Shown here one piece after another: positions 1-15,128 of a DNA stretch of 64,000 bases; the stretch's first letter is position 1, and every line of letters starts with the position of its first letter. This DNA comes from the human T2T-CHM13v2.0 reference genome, Homo sapiens, in NCBI RefSeq assembly GCF_009914755.1, contig NC_060938.1; one strand, given 5' to 3'. Position numbers and translations under genes: made by a program. The notes under the pieces are model-generated. The model was given only the letters and a program-made list of their open reading frames with translations. It made no database searches and had not been told where the DNA came from.

Positions 1-519
1 TATTAATATATGTATTTCTTCTTTAGTTATAAATGCTATACTCTTCTTTCATCTATTGATATATAAATAACAGTGATACACATATTTGTAACACTCTTCT
101 AAACAAGCAAATGATTTATCTCACTAAATGACATCTCCCATTGGATTACATGGTACATTGTGTTGGCATGAATTACTTTGTTAGGTATATAACCTTAAAT
201 ATGAAATAGCAATCAACAAGTATGCATAAAAATTATGTAAATATGCATGATGCAGTTTCCTGAATGGAGTGATTCTAGTTTCTCTATCTTATTTTGTCTA
301 TCTTAAGTTAAACTCCCTAACTCTGGAATTTGGAAATTGGTACGAATGTTTAATCATAACAATATCAAAATTTCAAAATTATCACTTTATTGATTCTTTT
401 TTGTTTCTGGTGGAAGATGCAAAACTTGTCTATTAAAATTTTTGATGTAGACCTAAAAATTCCTATAGTTCCTGAAATAGGAAAATTGATTGTTTTGAAG
501 AAATGTCTGGAGTAATGAC

Positions 520-950
520 ATTAAGTTGGTAGTCATCAGTCTATAAATCATATTTAATGTCATGAGACTGAATGAGATCCCCAACAATAACTGCAAATAG
601 ATAAGCAGACTAAGTGCTCATCTTTCAGGGATTCCAAAATTAAAAGGTCTGAAAAATGTGGAGGAACAAGTGAGTCACAGGCCTCTAGGAAGATACATGT
701 CTCTAATGCTCTGGATAGGTCAAGTAAGATGAGGGCCAAACACTAACCTACTGATATAGTAACTTAAAGGTCACTGTTGAACCTGACCAGAGTTCTAGGG
801 GAATGGTGAGGACAAGAGTCTGATTTAAGTATGTTTAGGAGTTAATTAAAGGAGAATTAGAGACAACAAGTGTAGACATGTTGAGTTGCACTGCAAAGGG
901 AAATGAAGAATGGCACAGAAGCTAGAAGGGCAAGGGAGGTTAACAGGTGT
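520..950 (-). mobile_element. L2 LINE fragment
   Basis: Diverged match to antisense L2 (ggtcaagtaagatgagg...aggtcactgttgaacctgac...gagacaacaagtgtagaca); boundaries approximate. Confidence 0.7.
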
Positions 951-3713
951 AAGAGTTTTTGTTGTTATTTGTTTTTTAAGACAAATGAAAATTTATAACA
1001 ATTAATTCTTTATAAAGTTCCTAGATAACATACAACCTTAATCCAATTTAGAGCTCTAAGGAGGAAGGCCATTAAGAAATGATGACTAAGGCTAAATGGA
1101 AGAAAGTATTGTTACCTAGAAAACTTTGGACCCTCCATTAGACCAGACCTACGATAAAAAGGGAATTTACAGGCACCCTAACTACATATCAAAAGCAAAC
1201 CTTTTCTAAATGATAACTGGGGTAAAGGGAAATAGCCTGAGGGACTACTTCAAGAACAGGTGAAAATGCAAAGCCGTATCAGATGGTCTTTTAGGAGGAT
1301 ATCAGTATGCCTTGTAAACAAATTGTTTGTAAGCGATGGATTAAAATCTCTTTGGTAATAATTGATCAAATGCAGTAAGTTTACATCAATAAAACAGAGC
1401 AATAGTAATTGTGTTATTATCTGTCACTGGTTCAATTTGATGTTTAAAATGTACTGTTAGGAATTGCTTAAATATCTGTCTGAAGTATCAGAATTGTACT
1501 GTTACAGCATATGAAACATGTAAATATCATCTGATCCTGCTCTAACCAGACCCTTACACCAAACCATCACCGAGTGACAAGGTTTTCCGGAACACCCTAA
1601 AACTTTTATCAAAGGGGGCTGATCATAACAGGTAATTAATTCAAACTACCCAAGGGTGCCACTATCAGTTGGTGCAGACCCTTCGTCCTCTTGGGCCCAG
1701 GGAACCTCGAAGCACCTGCACTGCTACAGACACACACACCACCACAGGAGCTGCTATTGGCCTTAGCTTTCCTGTCCCTCCACCCCAACCTGCCCAGCTA
1801 CCATGACTTACAAGTGGTGCCCATAAAGTGGAACAGATTGCAAATGGACTACCATTTATATTGCATTTCTTTTTCTAGATGAACATGATTTTGAGGTAAT
1901 CAGTGGTTAATACCAACATCCTGGTGAAATACAGACACAAAACCTCCCACTATAACTTAAGCTAGACCCAACCCATATATACCAGTAATTCAATCAGCTA
2001 CAACTGTAATTACAGAACTCAATGCCATATAAATCTCACTACATATTGAAACTTAAGGCATTCCAGAAACCATCTTGAAGATGTATGTATATTTAAATAT
2101 AAAGGATTGGCCTCAGAATATTTCTAAGTTGTGAAGATGTCAACAGAAATTTTAACAATTAAAATGGACAAATATCAGCTTTCCTCTTTGGGAAAATTTT
2201 ATGTTTTTGCAGACATGTCTGAAATGAAAATTTGCCCCTATATTTTTTTCTTTGAGAATTGCACTTTTCTGACAGCAATATGCAGTTCCACGCAGTTCCA
2301 CCCACTTCCCACTGCTTTTCAGACTCATGTGGCAGAAGCGCCACCAAAATACACATACATATTCATAAGCTGTCTGAAGCATTAATTCCACACATGGCAA
2401 TGTATACTTGCATCTGTGGTTGGAGCTTCTAATTTGCAAAAGCAAATATAATGTGTCTAAAAATCTTGATGAGTGAGCCTTTCAAATTCAAGCCCAGAAC
2501 ATTAAGGATCCATGTATACATAATTTCAAGCAGCAATAGGCTAAAGTCTTCTGACTACCTAATATAATTCTCTCCAAGTCAGTGTCACTGTATGAATATG
2601 ATTATTGCCCATGTTAATTTCTCTAATTTACTTCTTACATCTATTTCAGGTTATAAATATTCATAATTGTAGTGCTCTGGTAGTAGCCCCCCACCACTAG
2701 TCTACACTAAATTGTACTTGCTATAATATAAATCTATTTTCTCCCATTCTAATTTATGAAATGGCTGAGAAAAATGGCTTGCAATATCTTTTCAGAATAA
2801 AAATATAACCCAACCTTTTTTATTCAGTGTACAATGAGCTATTGGAGGAAATCTTGATTCACAAAAAAATTCAATAATCTTCCACATCACTGATTCTTTT
2901 TCTTTTCTTTTCTGTTAAATAATAATCTCATCAGTAGTTGAGCTGTTCTACCCCCTCTGTCCTTGAGTTCTAATTTTGCTGCAGGAGCGTAAAAGAGCAC
3001 ATCTCACTTTTACTCCTCTTTCTTGGGTGGGAGTACCTCCACGATTTGGCAGCTGCTTAAGTCAAGAAAATCCCTGCTTTGCTAATTCAGAATTCTTAAG
3101 CAAAGAAATTTGCACATACTAAGTGTTGGACAAATAAAGAATTAAAGGATTGGCATCAACCTAAAAGTATTAAAATAGTATGCAAGAATCAAAGTTGTAG
3201 ACTTGCTAATTTCTTGGCAAATTTCAATATGACAAAAGTCATTAAAAGGTGAAAACCTCAATTAAACAAGTAATTGTTTTAACATGGTTAAACAAGTGAT
3301 ATTTTAATGAACTGACTCTGTAAATCTTGGTGAAAGAAAACAAATTGCTTCCCTACTAATATTTTGGAAAAGATAACAAATTACTTTGCTTGAATTTTGA
3401 TTTTTTGTTTATTTGCACTGATTTTATTAATCATTCCAGTGGTTCAAAACAGACACCTGAAATTGCTCCGGGATTCCTAAAGAAAGCATACTGCCATTGT
3501 TAAAGTTTTGTTATTTATAGCACAGATTTTCTTCTAAAAGGCTGCAATAGCAAGGATTAAAAATGTTTATTAAATAATCTTGCAAATGAACATAAAATCT
3601 TCAGAAGCCAAACACTGTCCTTCGGCAGCACTGCACTCTCTTACAGAGTGTCTTTGGGGGAGCTATTTAACTACAAATAGTTTCATCTTCCAGGAAGACC
3701 CAAACTGCTTATG

Positions 3714-4310
3714 TAGATCTGATCCTCATTATTTGCCAATTCCTCATTTGCAAATTCATCTACTTGCTAAAATGTATTTATGACACCAAAATAAATACTG
3801 CAGTGCTTTCGGGGTCACTTGCAGACATGCACGGAGTGGCAAGAAAATGAACTACCCAATGTACACATTCCCAGCTTACACTGCCTTCTTGTTTCAGTTC
3901 TCAATACTCTCAACAGTGTTCTTTTCATGGTCTATTTAATGCCACATTTTTTGCATTTTGTGCTTCTTCTTGGTGATCGTGCTGCTCAAAAGGAGCCCCA
4001 AGCATAGTGCTGAAGTGCCGTCTAGTGTTCCTAAGTGCAAGAAAGCTGTTATGTGTCTCACAGAGAAAATACATGTGTTAGATAAACTCAGTTCAGGCAT
4101 GGGTTTGACCGCTATTGACCATAAGTAGATTAAAAAAGGTGTCTTTAAAACAGAAACACATGAGATTATGTATAGGTCGTTCAGAAAAATGTGACAAGAG
4201 ACTCACAGGAACTAACCCACCCTGTATTTCTCCCAGGAGAAATGGTTCAGTATTTGCTAACTAAGATGATGTGACAGAACAGAACTTCCACAAATAATAA
4301 GCATCAACTG
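3714..4310 (+). mobile_element. MER82 (TcMar-Tigger non-autonomous DNA transposon)
   Basis: Start gatcctcattatttg, internal gccccaagcatagtgctgaagtg/tctagtgttcctaagtgcaagaa, end catcaactg followed by TA. Confidence 0.8.
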
Positions 4311-5055
4311 TATATCTCCAATCAACTTGGCTGTGATATCCCATTCCAAGGAGAGTCCGCACTGGTTGCGTAGAGGCGTGCTTGCATTTGTTTAACACTC
4401 TGTTCCTCCCTGTGTCCACTTCTACTTCATTAAAACCTGTGTTCTAGACCCTGGGGTTTTATTGGTGGGTTAACTCTGATTTGCAATTGACAAAAAAACT
4501 TTTATGGATTCACCACAATAACTTTGGGCCTAATAATGAAATTTTCGACTGAAATCCAAATTCCTAAAATCACTACTCTGCTTTTCAGTGTCTTCATATT
4601 TGGTAAGTCCACATGCAGGAAAATATTTGACTTGCTTTACCTTATGAAAACTAAAAGTAAAATTGTGAACACTACAGACTCTACACATAGACATGCTGAT
4701 GTCAAATCACAGGAAAAAAAATGTGTGTTTTCTGTTATTTGAATTTTTTGAAATGAGTATCTTCAACAATTTTATAAATCTTTCCCTGGACAGCTATAAT
4801 GTGACCAACTTTAAGTTGTGACATCCCTCTATTTTTTCAATCACCTTGAAAAACAGTCCAGTCCTTCATCCCTTTCCTTCTAGCTCCACACTTGGTCCCT
4901 TCATGATAAGACCCCTGGCACCAATCCTCCCTATTTAAAATAAAATTACTATATGGTATATACATTTTAAACTTTAAAACACTTTTAATTTGAGAGTTTA
5001 AAGTAATGCAATAAAAATGCTAGTGTAATATTTTGTCTATTTAACTGTCAGAACC

Positions 5056-5442
5056 TGTATCAGCCCATTAGTCAAGGTTCTCCAGAGAAAGGGGACCCAA
5101 GTGTGTGTGTGTGTGTGTTTGTGTGTGTGTGTAAATGTCTCATGCCATTGTAGAGACTGGAAAATCCAAAATCTAAGGGCAGGCAAGCTAGCTAGAAACT
5201 CAGGCAGGAGCTGGTACTGCAGTCTTGAGGCAAAACTTCTTTTCAGTTTTTGTTCTTGAGGTCTTCAACTGATTGATGAGGCCTCCCCACATTATCAAGG
5301 CTAATGCCTCTACTTAAAGCTTACTGAATATGGATGTTAACCATACCTACAAAAAACCTTCACAGCAACACACAGATAAGTGTTTAATCAAGAACTGGCC
5401 TCCACAGCCTGGCTAAGTTGACACGTGTAGCTAGCCATCACA
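5056..5442 (-). mobile_element. MLT2-family (ERVL) solo LTR with internal (TG)n at 5101-5132
   Basis: ttctccagagaaa...cttcaactgattgatgaggcc...ctaagttgacac...ccatcaca is the reverse complement of the MLT2 LTR. Confidence 0.75.
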
Positions 5443-5522
5443 GTACCTTAAACGATAAAGTTGCCTCCAATGAACATGAATAAGCAGTAGGGAAAAAGAA
5501 CCACTTGAGGCAATCGCCTTGA

Positions 5523-6057
<535 letters not shown>

Positions 6058-6101
6058 TAATACATTCCTGGCAAATAGTATATGTTTCATAAATGCCTGT
6101 G

Positions 6102-6169
6102 AAAGGAAGGAAGAAAGGAGCGAAGGAAGAAAGGAAGGGAGAGAGGGTGGGAAAGAGGGAAGGAGAGAA
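6102..6169 (+). repeat. (GGAA)n-like purine-rich simple repeat
   Basis: Directly visible. Confidence 0.85.
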
Positions 6170-7944
6170 TTAATAAATAAATGAAGAATGTAAAGCTACA
6201 TTTCTGAAAAAAAAAAGATGTGACTCTACTTGAGACTACAGAAAAAACAAACAAGAATAAGTAATAGTCCCAGCTTTTAAGAAATTTAGACCTGATAGTA
6301 AATAAGGCCAGTTTGCCAATAACCATAATACAAATAGATTAAGAAAGGAAGAAGACAATACATCTAATGCACAAGGCAATTTAATAATTCTTGTGTAAGT
6401 TCAGATAAAAAGCACATTATGAGACTATAAAGGCTCAAAAGCAAACACATGATGTATGAGAACAGCCATCCAAAGATTTTTGCACCACAGTAGATGGATT
6501 AGATAGATCTAAATGTGGTTTTCTAGACCTGGATTACTTTACAAGTTAATTGACAAGGATAGGAAGTTGCTAAATTTAAAACAAGGTAACAAAGTGACAT
6601 CTTTAGAATGATACTATCAGAATGGAAGATGTAAAGGAGAACTGTAATTCAGTCAGTTGGAGCAACAGATAAAAGATTGGAACCTGAGGAATCCACCAGT
6701 GTTTACATCAAATTATCCAAGGAAAAGAATCTTATCAGGTGACTCAATAAGATTTTCCCATAACCTGGATGGAATATCCTTCAAGACCAACCAATTCCTT
6801 ATGTTTCAATTCTGAGCCAATTGAGCAACTTTCCAGTTTCTGAATCTGCTTTGCAGACATCTTGTTGCAGAAAGGCAATATCCAAGAAAAGCACATCACT
6901 CACTCTAAGTTAGTATACAGGCACTCCAGTCCATAAAAATATTTTGTGAGGCTTACTAGCCTGGATTTATCTTCTAGGAACTATAGCAACTCTGGTTTTA
7001 TTTTAAAAATGAAGTTTCTGGAACTTAAAATCTGAGAACCAGAAACTGCATTTCAATGAGCCGGACATGAGACAGGCCAGGTCAAAAGCCATGCAAGACT
7101 ATCCTCTATATATCCCTCCCAAATGGTAGTATTTGGTTCATACCTGAGTGTTCAGGGCTGAAAGGACCCACAGGCTTAAGGAAAAGGATTAAGGATAAGA
7201 AGTATTTCAGTGGGCAGAAATTATGAGTAGACCATTCCAGATGGAGGGAAAAACAGAGCTAAGGTCCAAATATTGTGAAATACAATGTACATATGGACTA
7301 GAATAAACAGTCTCATTTTGATGGCACACAAGGTTCATACTTAGGAAGGTCTAGCAAGAATATTTTAAGGTAAACTATGACCATTTTGGGGAATTTTAAT
7401 TGACCAGATTGGGAAATGATTTTTTTGTTTACTGACAATGAGAAGTCACCAAGTTTTAATTTTTTTGTCTAGTTAATATCAAAATTGTAACTCTATATTA
7501 GCATACTCAACTTGTTAAAAACATAGTTGGTAACTCTGAAGGAGTAAATGACCCATGAATTGCAACAGTTTAAGTAGGAGGTAAAAATAATCCAAGCTGG
7601 AAACACAGCTGTTTTAATAAAAACAGAGGATAAGAACTTGAGACTCTAAGAAAAGGATAATTATTGGGATTCACTGAGCATCTCATTGCATGTGAAAGGT
7701 GAGGGATGTGGAAAGGTTGACCCATACTCCAAGGCTAGTAATTAGGGGTAAAATAATGATCTTTTGTTTTTCAATTATTTATATGCTGTTCTATAACTTT
7801 TGAACATCATTTTATATTAATGCTTAGACTGACTTAATATCACCATTTAACATCTGCAACTGGGTTCATTTAAAGCCAAATTCAAAATGCCTAAACCCAA
7901 TCTCTTTATCTTTCTTGCTATCCTGTAACCACAGTAAGCAGTGA

Positions 7945-8286
<342 letters not shown>

Positions 8287-9083
8287 TGTATGCAAAAGGC
8301 AAGAGAACAATCTAACAACATTGTTATACAAGATTCCCAAGAGTAAACTGTTCAAAAAGCAATGTTCTCCAGCTAGTAAATCTAGCACTTTTAGTCCTTT
8401 CTTGAGAGCTGACACTGATACCAAGAATCATAACAGTTGCCTGACTTTTCTTAATGCTGTCTAACCCACGAACATGTCCAATGTCTTCTTTTTCCAGAAT
8501 CTTGTCTCAACAAAGCAGTATTTAGAAAACAGGAGCATTAGACTCTCAACAAGTAATTCACCAGTAGTACAAGAAGCCCAAATATGCCTCCTTGTGCTAC
8601 TTTACCCATACACAATCCAACTAAAAAAAAAAAAAAATGCATCCTAATGTTTAAAATAGAGTTACCACAGTAACAAAGTGAACAGTTAAAAAGCAATGAA
8701 CTTAATCAATGCAAGTCATTGTTAGAAAGATCATCCCCTGAGACAAACCTCTCAGTGCTAACATTATTGCTATTTATCTGAAGTATTTTCTGAAAAGCTA
8801 AGAATGACTGACTGAGGGCTTCAGATCAATGAGGTGTTTTTTTTTCCTTTCAGTGAGCTAAAACTCCCAGTAGACCTAAGCCGTACTTTTAATCATGACA
8901 TTAATCGATAACAATTACACCCAAGAGAATGCCAACATAGGTTTTCCAGGAAATCTCATAGGGCTTAAAGTGCTAAATTATAGAAATAGTCAATATTATG
9001 TGTTATTAAAATGGAATTCAGGTTGGTTTCTTCCTATTTCCCTAGAGCAGAATTATGGTGCTCTAGACCTAGAAATGTTGGTA

Positions 9084-9252
9084 TAGTGCTTCTCAAATTT
9101 TAATAGCCTTAAGAATAACATGGATATCTTGTTAGACTATAGATTATCATACAGTTGGTCTGCAGTGTGTCCTCTGATCTGCATTTCTACAACCTCCTGG
9201 GTATTGACCATGCTGCTATTAATAGTAAGCAGGTGACACCTGCAGTAGCAAG
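9084..9252. mobile_element. MER5-family hAT-Charlie MITE
   Basis: agtgcttctcaaattttaat...tctgcatttcta...atgctgct...agtagcaag pattern. Confidence 0.55.
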
Positions 9253-9560
9253 ATGTTGAACTCCATTAGATTGGTCGGGGGAAGAAGTAAAAATCACACC
9301 CATTGGCTGAGGGATACTAAGAGGTATTTGACCATAACAGAGAGATTTTTACTTCTAGATATTCCAACTCAAGCTGTCCTCCTTGCAAAATAACAGAGAA
9401 AAAGGCAACACTTAACTTACTTCAAAGAGCAGCATTTTCTAAATGCATTACAAAAAAAGAAAATTAATTATCTGGGATATCAATAGGTGTTGCCAGAAAA
9501 ATAGAATGCTAATAGAAGGCTGAATGAATGGTCATACAACTGAGCTAAATGAAATTAAGT

Positions 9561-9820
9561 AATAACAATGGCTAACAGTTGTTGAGCACTTACTACGTGC
9601 CACGAATCGTTCTAAATCCACAATGTAGAATAACTCCTTTAATCTTCACAGCATCTCTATGAGGTGGGAACTAGAGTATTGCATTTTTCAGATGTGGAAA
9701 GGTAGGCAAGGAGAGGTTAAAAAACTTGTCCAAGTTCACAGTGCTAGTGAGCTGATGGGTGGTAGAGCCAAGAGCCAGGATTCAACCCTTGGCAGGCTGC
9801 CTCCAGAGCATGGGCTCTGC
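9561..9820 (-). mobile_element. MIR (MIRb-like)
   Basis: ttgagcacttactacgtgcca...tttaatcttcacagc...cattttt cagatgtggaaa...aggttaaaaaacttgtccaagttcaca. Confidence 0.8.
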
Positions 9821-11122
9821 TCTCTAGAACATGATCACTTTTCATTATCAACAGAAAGTGTGAGTCATCACAAGGTGATGTAAGTACTTGTAAGTTGCCA
9901 ATGAAGGGGAATATGCAATGAGGAGGAGAGAAGAAAACTTAAGTTATGGCAAGATAAGAGCATGAGAACAAGCCAGAGAAGGGAAAATTGAGAAAGTGGA
10001 AGTAATTGTTAGTGAAATAATAAATACAGAAGAGTGTACTGTAGTAGTGGAGACATCACCCACCCAGACACAGATGCACTAAATAGATCAATCTGCTTAG
10101 CAAATAAATGCCCAGGAGAGGAAAGCAAGGCAAGAAGCGGATCTCATCAACCACTGGAGGACACAAACAGTTTACTTCCACCAAATGTACTGAAAAGATC
10201 TCAATAACAAGAGCCATGATTATTCCTACGTTAAATATGCAATTTACAGATTAACTGGGCCCATTGCTGGGTCCCTCTCTTCTTCCTACAGGATGGATTG
10301 GACATTTTGCTTCTAACTAGCAACTTTGTGAAAGTGAGTAAGGACAATTTCAGTTTATTTTGATCTCATTCTGAGATTGGGCAATAGGCTTGGGAGAAGG
10401 AGGGTATGCTGTGAAACTGATTAAAATACAATCTAACAAATCCTAGATTTCAATGAACCCTCTCTGCCTGGCCTTCAGGTTGCAGGAGAAAAAAAAAATA
10501 CAACAAGTAGATCCAATCTGAAATATGTAGTCTGAATCAGAAAACAGCCAGCGCATCATGCAGATTACATTACAGGTCAGGCAGAACAATAAATAAAGTA
10601 GTTGTTTGGTTAGATGAGCATTAGAAAATGGTTCGACTGTTCAGGTAAGTATTAAAACAAAAAACTAACCTTGCAAACTCCTGAAGTATGCAGAGATTCC
10701 TGGAATATTCTACTGAAAACTTAAAGAAAAGAAAAAGCTTAACTGGAGACAAAGGACTGCCTGTAAGCATCCTGAAGGCATCAGATTTGTAAATGTATTT
10801 ACAGGCACCAAAACAGACATACTTTTGCAACTGAAACAAGAGAGGTCCTTTGGTCTCAAAGATTGAAATGTTATAAAAACATGCCAGGAATACATTGAAC
10901 ATGTTGTGGATTCAGTTCAGATCACAACAATAAAACCAATAAAACCATATTGTCGCAATATGGCAAGTCACACAAATTTTCAGGTTTCTCAATGCATATA
11001 AAAGCTATGCTTACACTACACTGTAGTCAATTAAGTCTGCAATAGCATTATGTCTTAAAAAATGCACATGCCTCAATGAAAAAAAAAATACTTTATTGCT
11101 AAAAAATGCTGACAATCGTCTC

Positions 11123-11306
11123 CAGTGGTCTCTTGACAGGGGATGATTTCAGGGTGAAACTGTTCCACCTCAGATCATCAGGCTCTTATGAGAATCTGAT
11201 GCCGCTGATCTGACAGAAGGCAAGAAAGCAGAGCTCAGACGGTAATGCTCACTGGCTCACTGCTCAACTCCTATTGTGTCTATGGTTTGAGGTTTGGGGA
11301 TTCTTG
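11123..11306 (+). mobile_element. MER1B-like hAT-Charlie element, internally deleted, nested in Tigger1
   Basis: cagtggtc start; gaaactgttccacctcagatcatcagg; tatgagaatctgatgccgctgatctgacag; ggtttggggattcttg end. Confidence 0.8.
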
Positions 11307-11417
11307 ATGTAAGCCTTCAGGGAGTCCTAATCTCTTTGCCAGTGGAGAATCTAGTCTCAATATTGATGGCTGTTGATTGATCACAGTGGTGATTGCTGAA
11401 GGCTGAGGTGGCTGTAG

Positions 11418-11731
<314 letters not shown>

Positions 11732-11740
11732 CAATTTCTT

Positions 11741-12056
11741 TTCTTTTCTTTTTTTTCTTTTCCTTTTTTTTTTGAGACAGAGTCTTGCTCTATCTCCCAG
11801 GCTGGAATGCTGTGGCATGATCTTCGGCTCACTGAAACCTCCACCTCCTGGGTTCAAGCAATTCTCATGCCTTAGCCTCCCGAGTAGCTGGGATTACAGG
11901 TGTGTGCCACCAAGACTGGCTAATTTTTGTATTTCTAGTATAGACGGGATTTCACCATGTTAACCAGGCTGGTCTCGAACTCCTAGCCTCAAGTGATTCG
12001 CCCGCCTTGGCCTCCCAACCTGCTAGAGTTACAGGAGTGAGCCACCGTGCCTCACA
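11741..12056 (-). mobile_element. Alu (AluJb/Sx-like)
   Basis: Full dimer with T/C-rich tail; flanked by caatttctt on both sides. Confidence 0.9.
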
Positions 12057-12367
12057 ACCAATTTCTTAACATAAGACAACAATGATGTTTGCTGCATCGG
12101 TTGACTCTTCATGAAAGATTTCTCTGTAGCATGTGATGCTTTTTGATGGCATTTTACCCACAGTAGAGTGTCTTTCAAAATTGGAGTCAATCCTCTCAAA
12201 TCCTGCCACTGCTTTATCAACTAAGTTTATGTAAAACCCTAAATCCTTTGTTGTCATTTAAATAATGTTAACGGAATCTTCACCAGGAGTAGATTCTAGA
12301 TTCTATCAAAAGAAATGACTTTATTTGTTCATCCATAAGAAGCCACTAGTCATCCATTCAAGTTTAA

Positions 12368-12769
<402 letters not shown>

Positions 12770-15128
12770 TAACCACATCTGCAGTTACCTCCACTACTGA
12801 AGTCCTGAACCCATCAAAGTCATCCATAAGTGTTGGAATCAACTTCTTCCAAACTCCTCTTATTGTTACGGTTTTAACCACCTCTGATGAATCATGAAGA
12901 TTCTTAATGGCATTTAGAATGGTGATTCCTATCCAAAATGTTTTCAATTTACTTTGCCCAGATCTATCAGAGAAATCACTATATCAATGGCAGCTGTAGC
13001 CTTATGAAATACATTTCTTAAACAATAACACTTGAAAGTTGAAATTACTCTCTGATCCATGGGCTGCAGAATGGAGTTCCATTAGCAGCTATGAAAACAT
13101 TTAATTCCTTGTCCATCTCCACCAGAGCTCTTGGGTGACCAGGTGCATTGTCAACGAAAAACAATATTTTGAAAGGAATCTTTTTTATCTGAATGGTAAG
13201 TCTTAACCGTGGCTTAAAATATTCAGAAACCATGCTGCAAACAGATGTGCTGTCACACAGGTTTTATTCCATTTATGGAGCACAGACAGAACAGATTTAG
13301 CATACATCTTAAAGGCCCCAGGATTTTCAGAATGGTCAATGAGCACTGGCTTCAACTTAAAGTTACCAGCTGCTTTAGCCCCTAACAAGGGAGTCAGCCT
13401 CTGCTTGGAGGCTTTGAAGCCAGGCATTCTCCTCTCTAGCTGTGAAAATCCTAGATGCTTCTTCTTCCGATAGAAGGATGTTTTGTCTTCATTGAAAATC
13501 TGTTATTTAGTGAAGCCACCTTCATCAATGATCTTAGCTAGATCTTCTGGATAACTTGCTGATGCTTCTACATCAGCACTTGCTGCTACACCTTGCACTT
13601 TTATTTTATGGTGATGGCTTCTTTCTTTAAACCTTATGAAACAAACTCTGTTAGCTTTCAACTTTTCTTCTGTAGCTTCCTCACCTCTCTCAGCATTCAC
13701 AGAATTAAAGAGAGTTAGGACCTTACTCTGGATTAGGATTTGGCTTAAGGGTATGTTGTGGCTGCTTTGATCTTCTATCCAGACCACTAAAACTTTCTCC
13801 CTATCAGTACTAAGGCTGTTTTGTTTTCTTATCATTTGTGTGTTCACTGGAGTAGCACTTTTAATTTCCTTCAATAACTTTTCCTTGGCACTCACAATTT
13901 GGCTAAGTGTTTGGCACAAGAGGCCACACCTTACTAAGCTTAATCATTTATAGTTTTTGATTTACAATGAAAGACATGTGACTCTTCCTTTCACTTGACC
14001 CTTAGAAGTCATTGTAGAGTTATTAATTGGCTTAATTTCAATATTGTTTATCAGGGAATAGAGAGGCCTAAACAGAAGGAGGGAGATGAGGGAATAGCTG
14101 GTGGATGAACCAGTCAGAACACACACACTTAAGTTCGCTGTCTTATATGGGCACAATTTTTGGTATATCAAAACAATTACAATAGTAATTACAAAAATCA
14201 TTCATCACAGATCACCATAAAAATATAATAAAAGTTTGAAAAATGGTGATAATTACCAAAACATGACACAGAAACTTGAAGTGAACATGTGCTACTGGAA
14301 AAATGGCAACAATAGACATGCTTGATGCAATGTTGCCACAAACCTTGAATTGTAAAAAAAATGCACAATCTGCAAAGCACAATCAAGTGAACAGCAATAT
14401 AAAGACGTGTGCCTGTATGTATTCTTCGCTGTCACCTCAGCACCTCTAATGTCAGGTTCCAAGGTAAAGCAATCTAATTTTCTTATGCTAATACTTCAAT
14501 CTACATTTACAAACTTTTCAAATATTTTATCTAAATGTTTTCTATCAGCATGCTCCTTTTTATAAGAATCTTTCATTGTTCCAAGACACAAATCATATCC
14601 CTTTGAATTCCAGATGAAAACATTTTAGGCCTATTTAGGATTTATTTCAATAGATATGTATACACATGTAAAGCAGTTTCAATGTTATTTAAAAATACAC
14701 TTCATTGGTCTTATTGTGGTGACATTAGCTTGGCACTTAAGAAAATGCTTCCAGGTGGCAGGCACCTGCTCTGGCTTTAAAATGCCAACCTCAAAACCTA
14801 CAGTCAGGCACCAAAGTGGGGAAGTGCAACAAACTATGTATTTCAGCACCTAGTAGTTTTGGCAGCTCATTTGGAACTGGTTATTGCCAGCTGGGCAGTT
14901 TGCCATTTCCTTGAGGCAAAATTAAAGTGGAAGATGCAAGGGTTTTATTGTAATTTTCCACCACATATTTATATCATTATGGGTTTTGTGCTGCTCTAGT
15001 CTCCACACAGTCTCACTGAATATCTTCTTATTATGTCACTGAGATTTGAAGCAAATATAGGATGATGCAGTGAAAACAAGTGGGCACTGTGTATAGTAAA
15101 TGATTGCTGAAGATAACACTATGCTTAT

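Noticed and set aside
2210-2221. Palindrome cagacatgtctg containing a p53 half-site
   Set aside because: Single decamer with no adjacent second half-site; expected by chance in 64 kb.
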